NCBI RefSeq assembly: GCF_004010195.1
Contig: NC_057760.1
Location: forward strand, 1,672,215-1,736,214
Origin: Chiloscyllium plagiosum
Taxonomy: Eukaryota
DNA length: 64,000 nt
Direction of reading: 5' to 3'
Shown here: piece by piece, positions 11,312 through 23,497 of the stretch
Layout of the letters: every line of letters begins with the position of its first letter
Position numbering within the stretch: the stretch's first letter is position 1
Translations under genes and position numbers: made by a program
Notes under the pieces: model-generated
Told to the model about the DNA's origin: nothing
What the model saw: only the letters and a program-made list of their open reading frames with translations
The model's database searches: none

Positions 11312-12485
11312 GTCATAGAGATGTACAGCACGGGAACAGACCCTTCGGCCCAACCCGTCCATACCGACCAGATATCCCAACCCAATCTAGTCCCACCTGC
11401 CAGCACCCAGTCCATATCCCTCCAAACCCTTCCTATTCATATACCCATCCAAATGCCTTTTAAATAGGGCGGCACGGTGGCTCAGTGGTTAGCACTGCTG
11501 CCTCACAGGACCAGGATCCCAGGTTCGATTCCAGCCTCCGGCTGTCTGGAGTTTGCACATTCTCCCCCTGTGTCTGCGTGGCTTTCCTCTGGGTGCTCCG
11601 GTTTCCTTCCACAGTCCAAAGATGTACAGTTCAGATGAATTGGCCATGCTAAATTGTCCCGTAGTGTTAGGTGCATTAGTCAGAGGGTGATGGGTCTGGG
11701 TGGGTTACTGTTCGGAGGGTCAGTGTGGACTGGTAGGGCTAAAGGGCCTGTAGCGAATCTAATCTAATCTAAATGTTGCAATTGTACCGGCCTCCACCAC
11801 TTCCTGTGGCAGCTCATTCCATAAACGTACCACCCTCTGGGTGAAAAAGTTGCCCCTCAGGTCCCTTTTATATTGTTCCCCCTCTCACCCTGAACCTATC
11901 CGGCTGTCTGGAGTTTGCACATTCTCCCCCTGTGTCTGCGTGGCTTTCCTCTGGGTGCTCCGGTTTCCTTCCACAGTCCAAAGATGTACAGCTCAGATGA
12001 ATTGGCCATGCTAAATTGTCCCGTAGTGTTAGGTGCATTAGTCAGAGGGAGATGGGTCTGGGTGGGTTACTGTTCGGAGGGTCAGTGTGGACTGGTAGGG
12101 CCAAAGGGCCTGTAGGGAATCTAATCTAATCTAAATGTTGCAATTGTACCAGCCTCCACCACTTCCTCTGGCAGCTCATTCCATACACGCACCACCCTCT
12201 GTGTGAAAAAGTTGCCCCTCAGCTCCCTTTTATATTGTTCCCCTCTCACCCTGAACCTATGCCCTTCTAGTTCTGGACTCCCCCCACCCCAGGGAAGAGA
12301 CTTTGTCTATTTACCCTATCCATGCCCCTCGTGATTTGATAAACCTCTACAATGTCACCCCTCAGCCTCCGACGCTCCAGGGAAAACAGCCCCAGCCTGT
12401 TCAGCCTCTCCCTGTAGCTCAGTTCCTCCAACATCCTTGTAAATCTTTTCTGAACCCTTTCAAGTTTCACAACATCTTTCCGATA
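11312..12485 (-). mobile_element. CR1 LINE 3' fragment hosting a SINE and a local duplication
   Basis: [38 protein letters not shown] on the minus strand. Confidence 0.88.
11467..11770 (+). mobile_element. tRNA-derived V-SINE (HE1-like shark SINE)
   Basis: A box TGGCTCAGTGG, B box GGTTCGATTCC, V-domain GGAGTTTGCACATTCTCCCC..GCTCCGGTTTCC, (ATCTA)n tail; TAAAT repeated on both sides. Confidence 0.85.
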
Positions 12486-12589
12486 GCTGTGGGTCTGGAG
12501 TCATGTGGAGGCCAGACCAGGTAAGGACAGCAGATTTTCTTCCCTCAAGAACTTTAGTGAGCCAGATGGGACCCCCCCCCCCACCTTTC

Positions 12590-13170
12590 CCTTGAAGGTC
12601 AAGTTAAAATTGTACAAGACATTGGTTCAGCCGCATTTAGAATACTGTGTACAGTTCTGGTCGCCACATTACCGAAAGGATGTGGACGCTTTGGAGAGGG
12701 GGCAGAGAAGGTTTACGAGGATGTTGCCTGGTATGGAAGGTGCCAACGAGGAAGAGAGGTTGAGTAGATTAGGATTGTTTTCATTAGGAAAAAGGAAATG
12801 GGGGGGACCTGATTGAGGTGTACAAAATCATGAAGGGTATAGACAGGGTGCAGAGAGACAAACTTTTCCCAGGTGAAGGATTCATTAACGAGAAGTCATG
12901 TGTTCAAGGTGAGAGGTGAAAAGTTTAACGGGGATACACGCATCAAGTACTTTATACAGAGGGTGGTAGATGCCTGGAATGCGTTGCTAGCAGAGGCAGG
13001 CACGGTCATTAAAGCTGCATCTGGACAGATGCATGAGTAGGTGGGGAACAGACAGATACAGATCCTTCGGAATTGGGCAGTATGTTTAGACAGTGAATTT
13101 GGATCGGCTCAGGCTTGGAGGGTCGAAGGGCCTGTTCCTGGGCTGTAAATTTTCTTTGTTCTTTCTTTGT
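12590..13170 (+). mobile_element. CR1 LINE 3' fragment (same subfamily as 28062-29590), nested in a minus-strand SINE
   Basis: LYKTLVQPHLEYCVQFWSPHYRKDVDALERGQRRFTRM and TTCTTTG tail. Confidence 0.88.
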
Positions 13171-14581
13171 GGTCATCATTAGACCCTTAATTTCAGATGC
13201 TTCTTGATGAATTCAGATTCCACCGTCTGTCATGGTGGGATTTCAACCAGACCCACACAACGCTCGCTGGATTTAACGTCCAGCAATAATACTGCCAGGG
13301 CATTGCCTCCCCTGAGGAGGTGCCCTCTGATTGGGATAAATAAGGGCTGTGTGGGAATTGGTGTAGGACGTGGGATGTTGTGACTGGATACATTAACATT
13401 AATGCAAACGGTGTTTGGGAAAAAGGGCAGGTGGAATGAGGACTTTATTAAAAAGGAAGTGAATGTGGAGAGTCGTTGTAATCTGGGGGACACGCTGCCC
13501 GAGAGGGTGGTGAAAAGTGATTCAGCAGGAGCTTTCATAGGGAGGAGGAGAGAATTGGAAAAGTACTTGAAAGGGGATGAACGTTCACCAAAGATCCTCA
13601 GGTAGCACCGGGGCGGGGGAGTGAGTGGTGTCGAGATGGTGAATGCAACTTTTAAAAATGCTTCCATGGGGTGTGGGCATGACTGGCTGGGCCAGGATTT
13701 GTTGCCCATCCCCAGTTGCCCCCTTGAGCCATAGGGGTGGTCCTGTGTAGGGACAACCACACAGGAAGCAGTTCCAGAACTGACGCTGAAGGTACAGCGA
13801 TGATTTGGACAGTGAGCAGGGTGGGAGGTGGCAAGCCAGTCCACGTGTTTAACCAAATGGCTGCGCCTCTCGTTCGGAGCACGTGCTCAGATGGCGTTTT
13901 GGAACCTGGAAAACGTGACCCCGGGGATTTGGCTCGGTTGGATTGAATGCAGTACACGGGAGTGTTTGTTCACTCCCTGACTGGGACCCGAGGCTCTGTG
14001 CTTGCTAAAGTTCCATTTGGATTTCCCGGATTCAGTGGGATGGAATGTGCCAGTTCTGATTCTGCATCGCTGACAATGTGATCTTAATCAGGCCCCCAGA
14101 TTGGATTTCAAATCCCAGCCCTGTGTGAAGGTGGGCAGGCAGGCATTCCAGCACGTGCAGAGATTGATTTAGTGACTGTCAGGGTGAGCACTCGTTCAGT
14201 GAGCACAGTCTGAGTGGGATTGAGGTGCTTGTAGATTTGTGTGTAACTCTCTCATGCCTGTCGAACAGTAGGCGTGCTCTCATGGCCTCCATCTCTTTGG
14301 CCCTCACTCTTTCCGGGCCCCCCCTCACATGCACACGCCCTCTGGACCTCCGTGACCTGTGCCCTCACCAGAATGCTCACCCCGTGCTACTGAGACATGC
14401 TGTCTCCCTGTTTTCTTGTTGAATGGATCACCCACTTTTTGTTTTGCTGTCTCCTCCTTTCTTTCTCACGTGCTTGATGTCTCAGTCTTGCACTCACTCT
14501 GTCAATCTCTCACACTCTCGCACTTGCTTTCTCATACTTGCCATCTGACACTCGATCTGTCACTTTCACTCACTTTCTCTC

Positions 14582-17500
14582 CCTCTCTCGCGCGCTCTTC
14601 CTCTCTCGCGCGCTCTTCCTCTCTCGCGCGCTCTTCCTCTCTCTCGCGCGCGCTCGTACTCTCTCTCTCGCGCGCGCTCGTACTCTCTCTCTCGCGCGCG
14701 CTCGTACTCTCTCTCTCGCGCGCGCTCGTACTCTCTCTCTCGCGCGCGCTCGTACTCTCTCTCTCGCGCGCGCTCGTACTCTCTCTCTCGCGCGCGCTCG
14801 TACTCTCTCTCTCGCGCGCGCTCGTACTCTCTCTCTCGCGCGCGCTCGTACTCTCTCTCTCGCGCGCGCTCGTACTCTCTCTCTCGCGCGCGCTCGTACT
14901 CTCTCTCTCGCGCGCGCTCGTACTCTCTCTCTCGCGCGCGCTCGTACTCTCTCTCTCGCGCGCGCTCGTACTCTCTCTCTCGCGCGCGCTCGTACTCTCT
15001 CTCTCGCGCGCGCTCGTACTCTCTCTCTCGCGCGCGCTCGTACTCTCTCTCTCGCGCGCGCTCGTACTCTCTCTCTCGCGCGCGCTCGTACTCTCTCTCT
15101 CGCGCGCGCTCGTACTCTCTCTCTCGCGCGCGCTCGTACTCTCTCTCTCGCGCGCGCTCGTACTCTCTCTCTCGCGCGCGCTCGTACTCTCTCTCTCGCG
15201 CGCGCTCGTACTCTCTCTCTCGCGCGCGCTCGTACTCTCTCTCTCGCGCGCGCTCGTACTCTCTCTCTCGCGCGCGCTCGTACTCTCTCTCTCGCGCGCG
15301 CTCGTACTCTCTCTCTCGCGCGCGCTCGTACTCTCTCTCTCGCGCGCGCTCGTACTCTCTCTCTCGCGCGCGCTCGTACTCTCTCTCTCGCGCGCGCTCG
15401 TACTCTCTCTCTCGCGCGCGCTCGTACTCTCTCTCTCGCGCGCGCTCGTACTCTCTCTCTCGCGCGCGCTCGTACTCTCTCTCTCGCGCGCGCTCGTACT
15501 CTCTCTCTCGCGCGCGCTCGTACTCTCTCTCTCGCGCGCGCTCGTACTCTCTCTCTCGCGCGCGCTCGTACTCTCTCTCTCGCGCGCGCTCGTACTCTCT
15601 CTCTCGCGCGCGCTCGTACTCTCTCTCTCGCGCGCGCTCGTACTCTCTCTCTCGCGCGCGCTCGTACTCTCTCTCTCGCGCGCGCTCGTACTCTCTCTCT
15701 CGCGCGCGCTCGTACTCTCTCTCTCGCGCGCGCTCGTACTCTCTCTCTCGCGCGCGCTCGTACTCTCTCTCTCGCGCGCGCTCGCACTCTCTCTCTCGCG
15801 CGCGCTCGTACTCTCTCTCTCGCGCGCGCTCGCACTCTCTCTCTCGCGCGCGCTCGCACTCTCTCTCTCGCGCGCGCTCGCACTCTCTCTCTCGCGCGCG
15901 CTCGCACTCTCTCTCTCGCGCGCGCTCGCACTCTCTCTCTCGCGCGCGCTCGCACTCTCTCTCTCGCGCGCGCTCGCACTCTCTCTCTCGCGCGCGCTCG
16001 CACTCTCTCTCTCGCGCGCGCTCGCACTCTCTCTCTCGCGCGCGCTCGCACTCTCTCTCTCGCGCGCGCTCGCACTCTCTCTCTCGCGCGCGCTCGCACT
16101 CTCTCTCTCGCGCGCGCTCGCACTCTCTCTCTCGCGCGCGCTCGCACTCTCTCTCTCGCGCGCGCTCGCACTCTCTCTCTCGCGCGCGCTCGCACTCTCT
16201 CTCTCGCGCGCGCTCGCACTCTCTCTCTCGCGCGCGCTCGCACTCTCTCTCTCGCGCGCGCTCGCACTCTCTCTCTCGCGCGCGCTCGCACTCTCTCTCT
16301 CGCGCGCGCTCGCACTCTCTCTCTCGCGCGCGCTCGCACTCTCTCTCTCGCGCGCGCTCGCACTCTCTCTCTCGCGCGCGCTCGCACTCTCTCTCTCGCG
16401 CGCGCTCGCACTCTCTCTCTCGCGCGCGCTCGCACTCTCTCTCTCGCGCGCGCTCGCACTCTCTCTCTCGCGCGCGCTCGCACTCTCTCTCTCGCGCGCG
16501 CTCGCACTCTCTCTCTCGCGCGCGCTCGCACTCTCTCTCTCGCGCGCGCTCGCACTCTCTCTCTCGCGCGCGCTCGCACTCTCTCTCTCGCGCGCGCTCG
16601 CACTCTCTCTCTCGCGCGCGCTCGCACTCTCTCTCTCGCGCGCGCTCGCACTCTCTCTCTCGCGCGCGCTCGCACTCTCTCTCTCGCGCGCGCTCGCACT
16701 CTCTCTCTCGCGCGCGCTCGCACTCTCTCTCTCGCGCGCGCTCGCACTCTCTCTCTCGCGCGCGCTCGCACTCTCTCTCTCGCGCGCGCTCGCACTCTCT
16801 CTCTCGCGCGCGCTCGCACTCTCTCTCTCGCGCGCGCTCGCACTCTCTCTCTCGCGCGCGCTCGCACTCTCTCTCTCGCGCGCGCTCGCACTCTCTCTCT
16901 CGCGCGCGCTCGCACTCTCTCTCTCGCGCGCGCTCGCACTCTCTCTCTCGCGCGCGCTCGCACTCTCTCTCTCGCGCGCGCTCGCACTCTCTCTCTCGCG
17001 CGCGCTCGCACTCTCTCTCTCGCGCGCGCTCGCACTCTCTCTCTCGCCGCGCTCGCACTCTCTCTCTCGCGCGCGCTCGCACTCTCTCTCTCGCCGCGCT
17101 CGCACTCTCTCTCTCGCGCGCGCTCGCACTCTCTCTCTCGCCGCGCTCGCACTCTCTCTCTCGCGCGCGCTCGCACTCTCTCTCTCGCCGCGCTCGCACT
17201 CTCTCTCTCGCGCGCGCTCGCACTCTCTCTCTCGCCGCGCTCGCACTCTCTCTCTCGCGCGCGCTCGCACTCTCTCTCTCGCCGCGCTCGCACTCTCTCT
17301 CTCGCGCGCGCTCGCACTCTCTCTCTCGCCGCGCTCGCACTCTCTCTCTCGCGCGCGCTCGCACTCTCTCTCTCGCCGCGCTCGCACTCTCTCTCTCGCG
17401 CGCGCTCGCACTCTCTCTCTCGCGCGCGCTCGCACTCTCTCTCTCGCGCGCGCTCGCACTCTCTCTCTCGCGCGCGCTCGCACTCTCTCTCTCGCGCGCG

Positions 17501-18045
17501 CTCGCACTCTCTCTCTCGCGCGCGCTCGCACTCTCTCTCTCGCGCGCGCTCGCACTCTCTCTCTCGCGCGCGCTCGCACTCTCTCTCTCGCGCGCGCTCG
17601 CACTCTCTCTCTCGCGCGCGCTCGCACTCTCTCTCTCGCGCGCGCTCGCACTCTCTCTCTCGCGCGCGCTCGCACTCTCTCTCTCGCGCGCGCTCGCACT
17701 CTCTCTCTCGCGCGCGCTCGCACTCTCTCTCTCGCGCGCGCTCGCACTCTCTCTCTCGCGCGCGCTCGCACTCTCTCTCTCGCGCGCGCTCGCACTCTCT
17801 CTCTCGCGCGCGCTCGCACTCTCTCTCTCGCGCGCGCTCGCACTCTCTCTCTCGCGCGCGCTCGCACTCTCTCTCTCGCGCGCGCTCGCACTCTCTCTCT
17901 CGCCGCGCTCGCACTCTCTCTCTCGCGCGCGCTCGTACTCTCTCTCTCGCGCGCGCTCGCACTCTCTCTCTCGCGCGCGCTCGCACTCTCTCTCTCGCGC
18001 GCGCTCGCACTCCCTCGCGCGCGCGCGCTCGCCCTCTCTCTCGCG
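14582..18045. repeat. 3.4-kb CpG-rich satellite, 24-bp unit CTCTCTCTCTCGCGCGCGCTCG(T/C)A, about 140 copies
   Basis: Sequence lines repeat every 120 nt (5 units); 8-aa periodic ORFs in several frames. Confidence 0.97.
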
Positions 18046-20524
18046 TGCTCTCTCTCTCTACCTCCCTTGCATCCTCTCTCCTCCCCTGGCGCTCTCTGTC
18101 TCTCTCAAGTCCATTGATTCGCTCCTGCTAGCTGCATTAATTTGCTGTGCTGTTTTACACCCTTGCTCCCATTATACTCGGTGTTGTCTGTCACTCAGTC
18201 CTGCTCCTTCCTCTGCTATCTCGGATCTGCATATTGTAATCCTTGCCCACTCGCTCACGTGCATCTCTCTCTTCGCCCATGCCTAGCCCACCTTTGCTGC
18301 TGCTCCTGTCCTTCAAGCAGTGCTGTGCTTCATTGACAGAGGGAAGCCACTGGAAGGATACGTCTTTGGAGAGGGGAGCATACCACAGAGGCAGTCTGTC
18401 AACATGAGACTGTCCCTCAAAATGCATTTGAGAAGTCAGGAGGAATGCCTTTCCCTTGAGAGTGGGCCTCTTTCCCAGAGGGGAGTGGTCAAGCTGAACA
18501 GTGGTGACTCATTGAAGGCAAGAGGCCGGATAAACCCATGAAGGAGAGAGGCTGGGGTTAGGCTTGGCAGGTGAAAGTACGAAGTAGCACCACTCGTCTG
18601 GGGCAGATGGGCCAAATGGCTCCTTTGGCCCACACCGCTCCTCTCTCCCAGTGCTGACCTCGGCCTGGGGAGGACAAAGTTCGGAGCCCATGCCTGCTGT
18701 GAGAGCTCCTGATTGAGTGACTCCTGCTGTGAACCGGAGGGTGAGCCCGGTGAGAAGCCTTCGCTGTGATAAACCCTCCGGCTCCTCTGTCCAACAGGCC
18801 CCAGTCACTTGTCTCAGTCCCTATGTGGCAAGTGATCTCTGAGGCAAGGGGGTAAGGAGTCACGTGGACTTGGCAGGAGAGTGGGCGGGTGGGGAACTTG
18901 TCCATGCCAATGTTTGGTCTGCTCCACCACCATCTCAAATGCCAGGTTAGGGATTCTGGGTCTTCGTCGCCTCACTGTTTGTGGGAGCTTGCTGTGCACG
19001 TTTACCACAGTGACCACTTGCCTGAGAAGCCCAGTAAAAATGCACTGCCTTTTCATCGTTGAATAGTGAGCTTAGCTTCTACTGTGGAGTCTTCGATCTA
19101 TGGTCCACTCTTCTGCGGTACTGAGGGAGTGCTGCTCTGCCTGAGGTTCACAGGAGCATAGGCCACAACGGGAGAAGGAGGTTACTTGGCCTCTCGAGGC
19201 TGCTGTGCCATTCAGTGCAATCGTGGCTGACCTGATTATGGCCTCAACTCCACTTTCCGGCCTGTTCCTCCATCACCCTCACTGGGGCACGAATCAATCC
19301 TAAATCCTAATCCCTAACCTGGCATCCACTGCTTTTTGGGTGGAATTCCACAGACTGTCCACCTTCAGATGGACAAATGTCTCCTCGAAGCCGAAAGCCC
19401 TTTAAAGCAAGGCAGTGGGGAGGGAGGAGTTCTCCCTGAGTCCAGGCCAATGTTTTTCCAGCAGTGAAACACAATACCTGACCATTCACCCATGTACACT
19501 GTGAGCAGGAGCGTGCTGCGTGTAGCTCTGACTGCTGACATAACAAGGGGAGACTGTGCTTTGGAAAAGTGCTTCGCGACATCTGGAGGACATTACAAGG
19601 TGTTGTACACATGCCAGCTCTTGGGATTGTCCATTGTTAACCGACGTGACTTCCCACTGAACCTTCCTTTTTAAAATCGCTGCTTCCATACGACGTGGGA
19701 GACCGGTGTTTGTTGCTCCCTTTCCTAATTGCCCCTCGAACTGTCTCCCCCCCCTTCTCCTCTGGGGCTGTTTCAGAGGGCAGAGTCAACCTTGCTCCCC
19801 CACGTTGTGTGGGGTCTGAAGTCCCGTGTAGCTCCTGCTCGGATAAGGATAGCAGATTTCTTCCCCCCACCCCCCCCATCAGTAAAGCCGATGGGGGCGG
19901 TTTTCCCACAATCGGTTATCATGGTAACCATCACCGAGACTACCTCCAGATTTGATTCACTGAAATTAAATTCCACCAGGGATTTGACCCCAAGACCCAC
20001 ATTCTGCTGGGAGAGGGGATAGCGCACTGATAACCCCAAGACCCACACTGCAGAATGGTTGCCTTCAGGCCACAGGGAGATATCGGCAGAGGGCAGAAGC
20101 CCTAAGGATGCAAACTGGAACATGAACCTCCTCTCCTGGGAGCAAGGCTGCGGCAGTGACCCGCAATGGCGTAACGCTGGGGTGTAAACCGACCTCAGGA
20201 CTTCCACACGATCTGCGGCCCCCCCGCCCCAATCTCGGTGTGTGGCGAGCTGCTAACATCTTTTGAATTATGGCCTGCTGTCCCCCTGGATAGATTGGCC
20301 TGAGGTGGGACCGGGTACCGGGCAGTGGACTGTGATGATCTAGTGAACCAGATCGCAAAGGAAGATGAGAGCGTTCTGCGTTCCACCCGGTCGCATTCCC
20401 CATTCCGTGACTCAGCCCACCTTCGGCTTTCCTTCGGAAGCGTGGTTTGCTTGTTCTCCTTGACATTTCTGAGGAGTCTGTAGTCAGAGGAAGCTATTCC
20501 TGCCAAGTTGGCAGACAGCTGATC

Positions 20525-20661
20525 NNNNNNNNNNNNNNNNNNNNNNNNNNNNNNNNNNNNNNNNNNNNNNNNNNNNNNNNNNNNNNNNNNNNNNNNNNNN
20601 NNNNNNNNNNNNNNNNNNNNNNNNNNNNNNNNNNNNNNNNNNNNNNNNNNNNNNNNNNNNN
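20525..20661. other. Assembly gap (137 N)
   Basis: N run. Confidence 1.
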
Positions 20662-21529
20662 GGGGGGGGGGGGGCCAGAGTCTAAAGATCCGAGCCTGGC
20701 CCTTTCAGCGGTGAAGTCAGGAAATGCTCAGGAGAGTGGGAGAAGTTTGGAACTCTCTCCTGTAAACTTTTTTTTTTAAATCTGAGATTTCTGTTGTACG
20801 CAGGTATGGGGCAACAAGGTGTGTGGAGTTAGGTCGCAGCTCAGTCAGGACCTCTCTGAACAACAGCGCAGGCTCAAGGGGCTGAATGGCCTCCTCCTGG
20901 TGCTCCGATTTGGAGCTGTTCGCTCTCATCTATACGTGTCAAAGCTAGGACTGAGGTGGCTTTTCTTTCGGGTCTGTCTTGTTCCCTAAACTTGGCGCTG
21001 ATCCTTCTTTTATTTCCCAGGATGTGGGGTGTCACTGGCATTTACTGCCCATCCCTAATTGCCCACCCCTCCACCTTGAGAAGCTGAGGGCTGAGCCAGC
21101 GTCTCGAACCACTGTATTCTCCATGTAATGTAGGGGGCACCCCACGCAGTGCTGTTGGGAAGGTCCAGCAATGGCAATATATTCCCAAGTCAGAGTTGGA
21201 TGTGGGGTTCAGAACTTGGTGTTCCCTTGTATTTGTTTGTCCTTGTAGACAGCAGTGGCTTCAGCTTCGGGAGCTGTTATTAGACAAACTGGGTGAATGT
21301 TTACAGTTCAGTTGTGGATGGTACTGAGTGTTGGTGGTGGAGGGGATGGCTGTTTGTGAATGTGGTGCCTAAAATAACTCTACAGGGGCTGGATTCCATC
21401 ACCAAGTTATCTTTATTTGCACAAACAGTCCTTGACTTTACGACTGACTCATTCAGGGTCCAGGTACCTGGAGTGTCAGTATCTCCTGACGCTCATCCTT
21501 TTAATGTGGCAGTCAGGGCTCCCTGTTTG

Positions 21530-22029
21530 NNNNNNNNNNNNNNNNNNNNNNNNNNNNNNNNNNNNNNNNNNNNNNNNNNNNNNNNNNNNNNNNNNNNNNN
21601 NNNNNNNNNNNNNNNNNNNNNNNNNNNNNNNNNNNNNNNNNNNNNNNNNNNNNNNNNNNNNNNNNNNNNNNNNNNNNNNNNNNNNNNNNNNNNNNNNNNN
21701 NNNNNNNNNNNNNNNNNNNNNNNNNNNNNNNNNNNNNNNNNNNNNNNNNNNNNNNNNNNNNNNNNNNNNNNNNNNNNNNNNNNNNNNNNNNNNNNNNNNN
21801 NNNNNNNNNNNNNNNNNNNNNNNNNNNNNNNNNNNNNNNNNNNNNNNNNNNNNNNNNNNNNNNNNNNNNNNNNNNNNNNNNNNNNNNNNNNNNNNNNNNN
21901 NNNNNNNNNNNNNNNNNNNNNNNNNNNNNNNNNNNNNNNNNNNNNNNNNNNNNNNNNNNNNNNNNNNNNNNNNNNNNNNNNNNNNNNNNNNNNNNNNNNN
22001 NNNNNNNNNNNNNNNNNNNNNNNNNNNNN
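21530..22029. other. Assembly gap (exactly 500 N, probably a scaffolding join of unknown size)
   Basis: Round-number N run, 36 bp from the last IQGAP3 exon. Confidence 0.95.
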
Positions 22030-22065
22030 TACTATTTAATCTTTCCCATCACCATGATCACATAC

Positions 22066-22229
22066 TTAATTTCCTCTTGAAGAGCAGTGGTGAACAGACG
22101 TAAGAGCAGGTAGTCTTCTCTCTGGTTGGCTGCGTAGTTGTAGAGTGAGAATATGACGGAATCTATGAACTTGGTTGATCTGTTCTGGGGCATCTGGAAA
22201 ATCAGTTTGGCCAAGTACACCGGCTTTGT
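22066..22229 (-). CDS. IQGAP3: IQGAP3 coding exon (approx. exon 25, start of RasGAP-related region): TKPVYLAKLIFQMPQNRSTKFIDSVIFSLYNYAANQREDYLLLRLFTTALQEEI(K)
   Basis: gtgctag acceptor, GTATGT donor; 164 nt, phase 0 to 2. Last exon before the 500-N gap. Confidence 0.96.
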
Positions 22230-22364
22230 CTAGCACAAGAGAAACAGGCGCAGATCGAAAGTCAATGAGCTTTTAATCCAATAAGAACGGACATCACCAG
22301 CTAGTCCCAAACACCACAAAACAAAAATGGATCACAAAATTACAATCTGGACCAAGACAGCTTA

Positions 22365-22660
22365 TGATAACATCACTGGACTAGAAATCCAGAACACCAA
22401 ACTAAATGTTCCAGATTCTTGGGTTCAATGAATTCAATAAAAACCTAGAATCAAATGACTATAAAATCATTGTCAAATGTTGTAGAAACCCATCTGGATC
22501 ATGAACGCCCCTCAGAGAAGGAAGTCATCCTTCGGTTGACTGGACCTATTCCACACCCACAGCAGTGTGGTTGACTCTCAACTGGATAATCTGGGCAATT
22601 AGAGATGGGGAACAAATGCAGACCTAGCTAGTGGTGCCCACACCCCCTGAATGAATTAAA
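22365..22660 (+). mobile_element. Degenerate SINE sharing its 3' tail with an L2/CR1-clade LINE; related copies at about 36522-36855, 60683-60990 and (minus) 12490-13300
   Basis: Shared blocks such as GGGTTCAA, CCCATCTGG and GTGGTTGACTCT between copies. Confidence 0.65.
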
Positions 22661-23344
22661 GGAATATGAAAAAACAAATCAATCAGTCTTCCCTTGGATT
22701 TAACCCTTTGACAATAATTAACTGTGAATGTGTCCAAATTGTATTGGATATTTCTTTTATCACTTTCCTTTTTCCAGCTCAAATATAGTTTTCAACTTTC
22801 AAATTATCAATAAAATACTTCACAGAGGAATATGTCTGAAGCAAGCAATAGAAGGGATTGAATGATGGTTTTGACAACAGGACACCCTGGCAGCTTAACA
22901 GAAGAGTCCCCTCTGGTGTACTTCAGAAAATGGGACGAGGCTCCCTCTGGACAATTTATCCATTTTGATGCTGTGGGGAGATAACAGGGCAAAGGGAGGG
23001 GTGGAAACTAAACACCAAACAAACAAGAGAAGGCCATTCAGCCTTCTTATACCTGTTCCTTCATTTCAATTAGATCGCAGCTGACCTGCTCTGTGTCTTC
23101 GCTTGCTCAACAGTGGCTGTACCCACTCCACAAGGTGACTAAAACAAAAAACAGCAGCAAAACAAGTCTTCCCACCCTCCCCACACTGTGCTCCAGTCCC
23201 CTCGAGATCAGGCAAGCACTGCTACAATCTCCCTCACTCCATCGGAAGGCCGGGGAATCTACCCCTTCAGCCAAATAACAGATGGCGAGGGAAAATCAAG
23301 TGGGGTGACAGGAGGAGACATTGTCGCTGCGAAACCACGGTTAC

Positions 23345-23497
23345 CTGCAGGAGGTAGAAGAGATGTTGATATGCCTCCAGTTTCTCCCGCTTCTGTCTGC
23401 TGAGAGCTTTCAACCCCTTTTGCTTGTCGATCACCATCAAGTCTTCTAGCTGACCCTTGTTCTTCTTAGTAAGTTTCTTGCAGTGGGAAACCACTTC
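23345..23497 (-). CDS. IQGAP3: IQGAP3 coding exon (approx. exon 24): EVVSHCKKLTKKNKGQLEDLMVIDKQKGLKALSRQKREKLEAYQHLFYLLQ
   Basis: tttgtag acceptor, GTAACC donor; 153 nt, phase 0 to 0; EVVSHCKKLTK is IQGAP3-type. Confidence 0.96.

Noticed and set aside
11467..11540. tRNA gene (A and B boxes); likewise 60260-60332
   Set aside because: The head continues into a SINE body and tail and no complete cloverleaf is evident.
14359..18131. Five ORFs of 900-1250 aa
   Set aside because: They arise from a stop-free 24-bp satellite open in several frames on both strands; not a protein gene.
1..21529. MEF2D (neighbour of IQGAP3 in human) or IQGAP3 3' exons
   Set aside because: No MADS/MEF2 or GRD/RGCT peptides were recognisable in the ORF track or by eye. 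Very short exons could have been missed.
21293..22103. Long ORFs crossing the N run (also 20447-20779)
   Set aside because: Their length comes from the assembly gaps.
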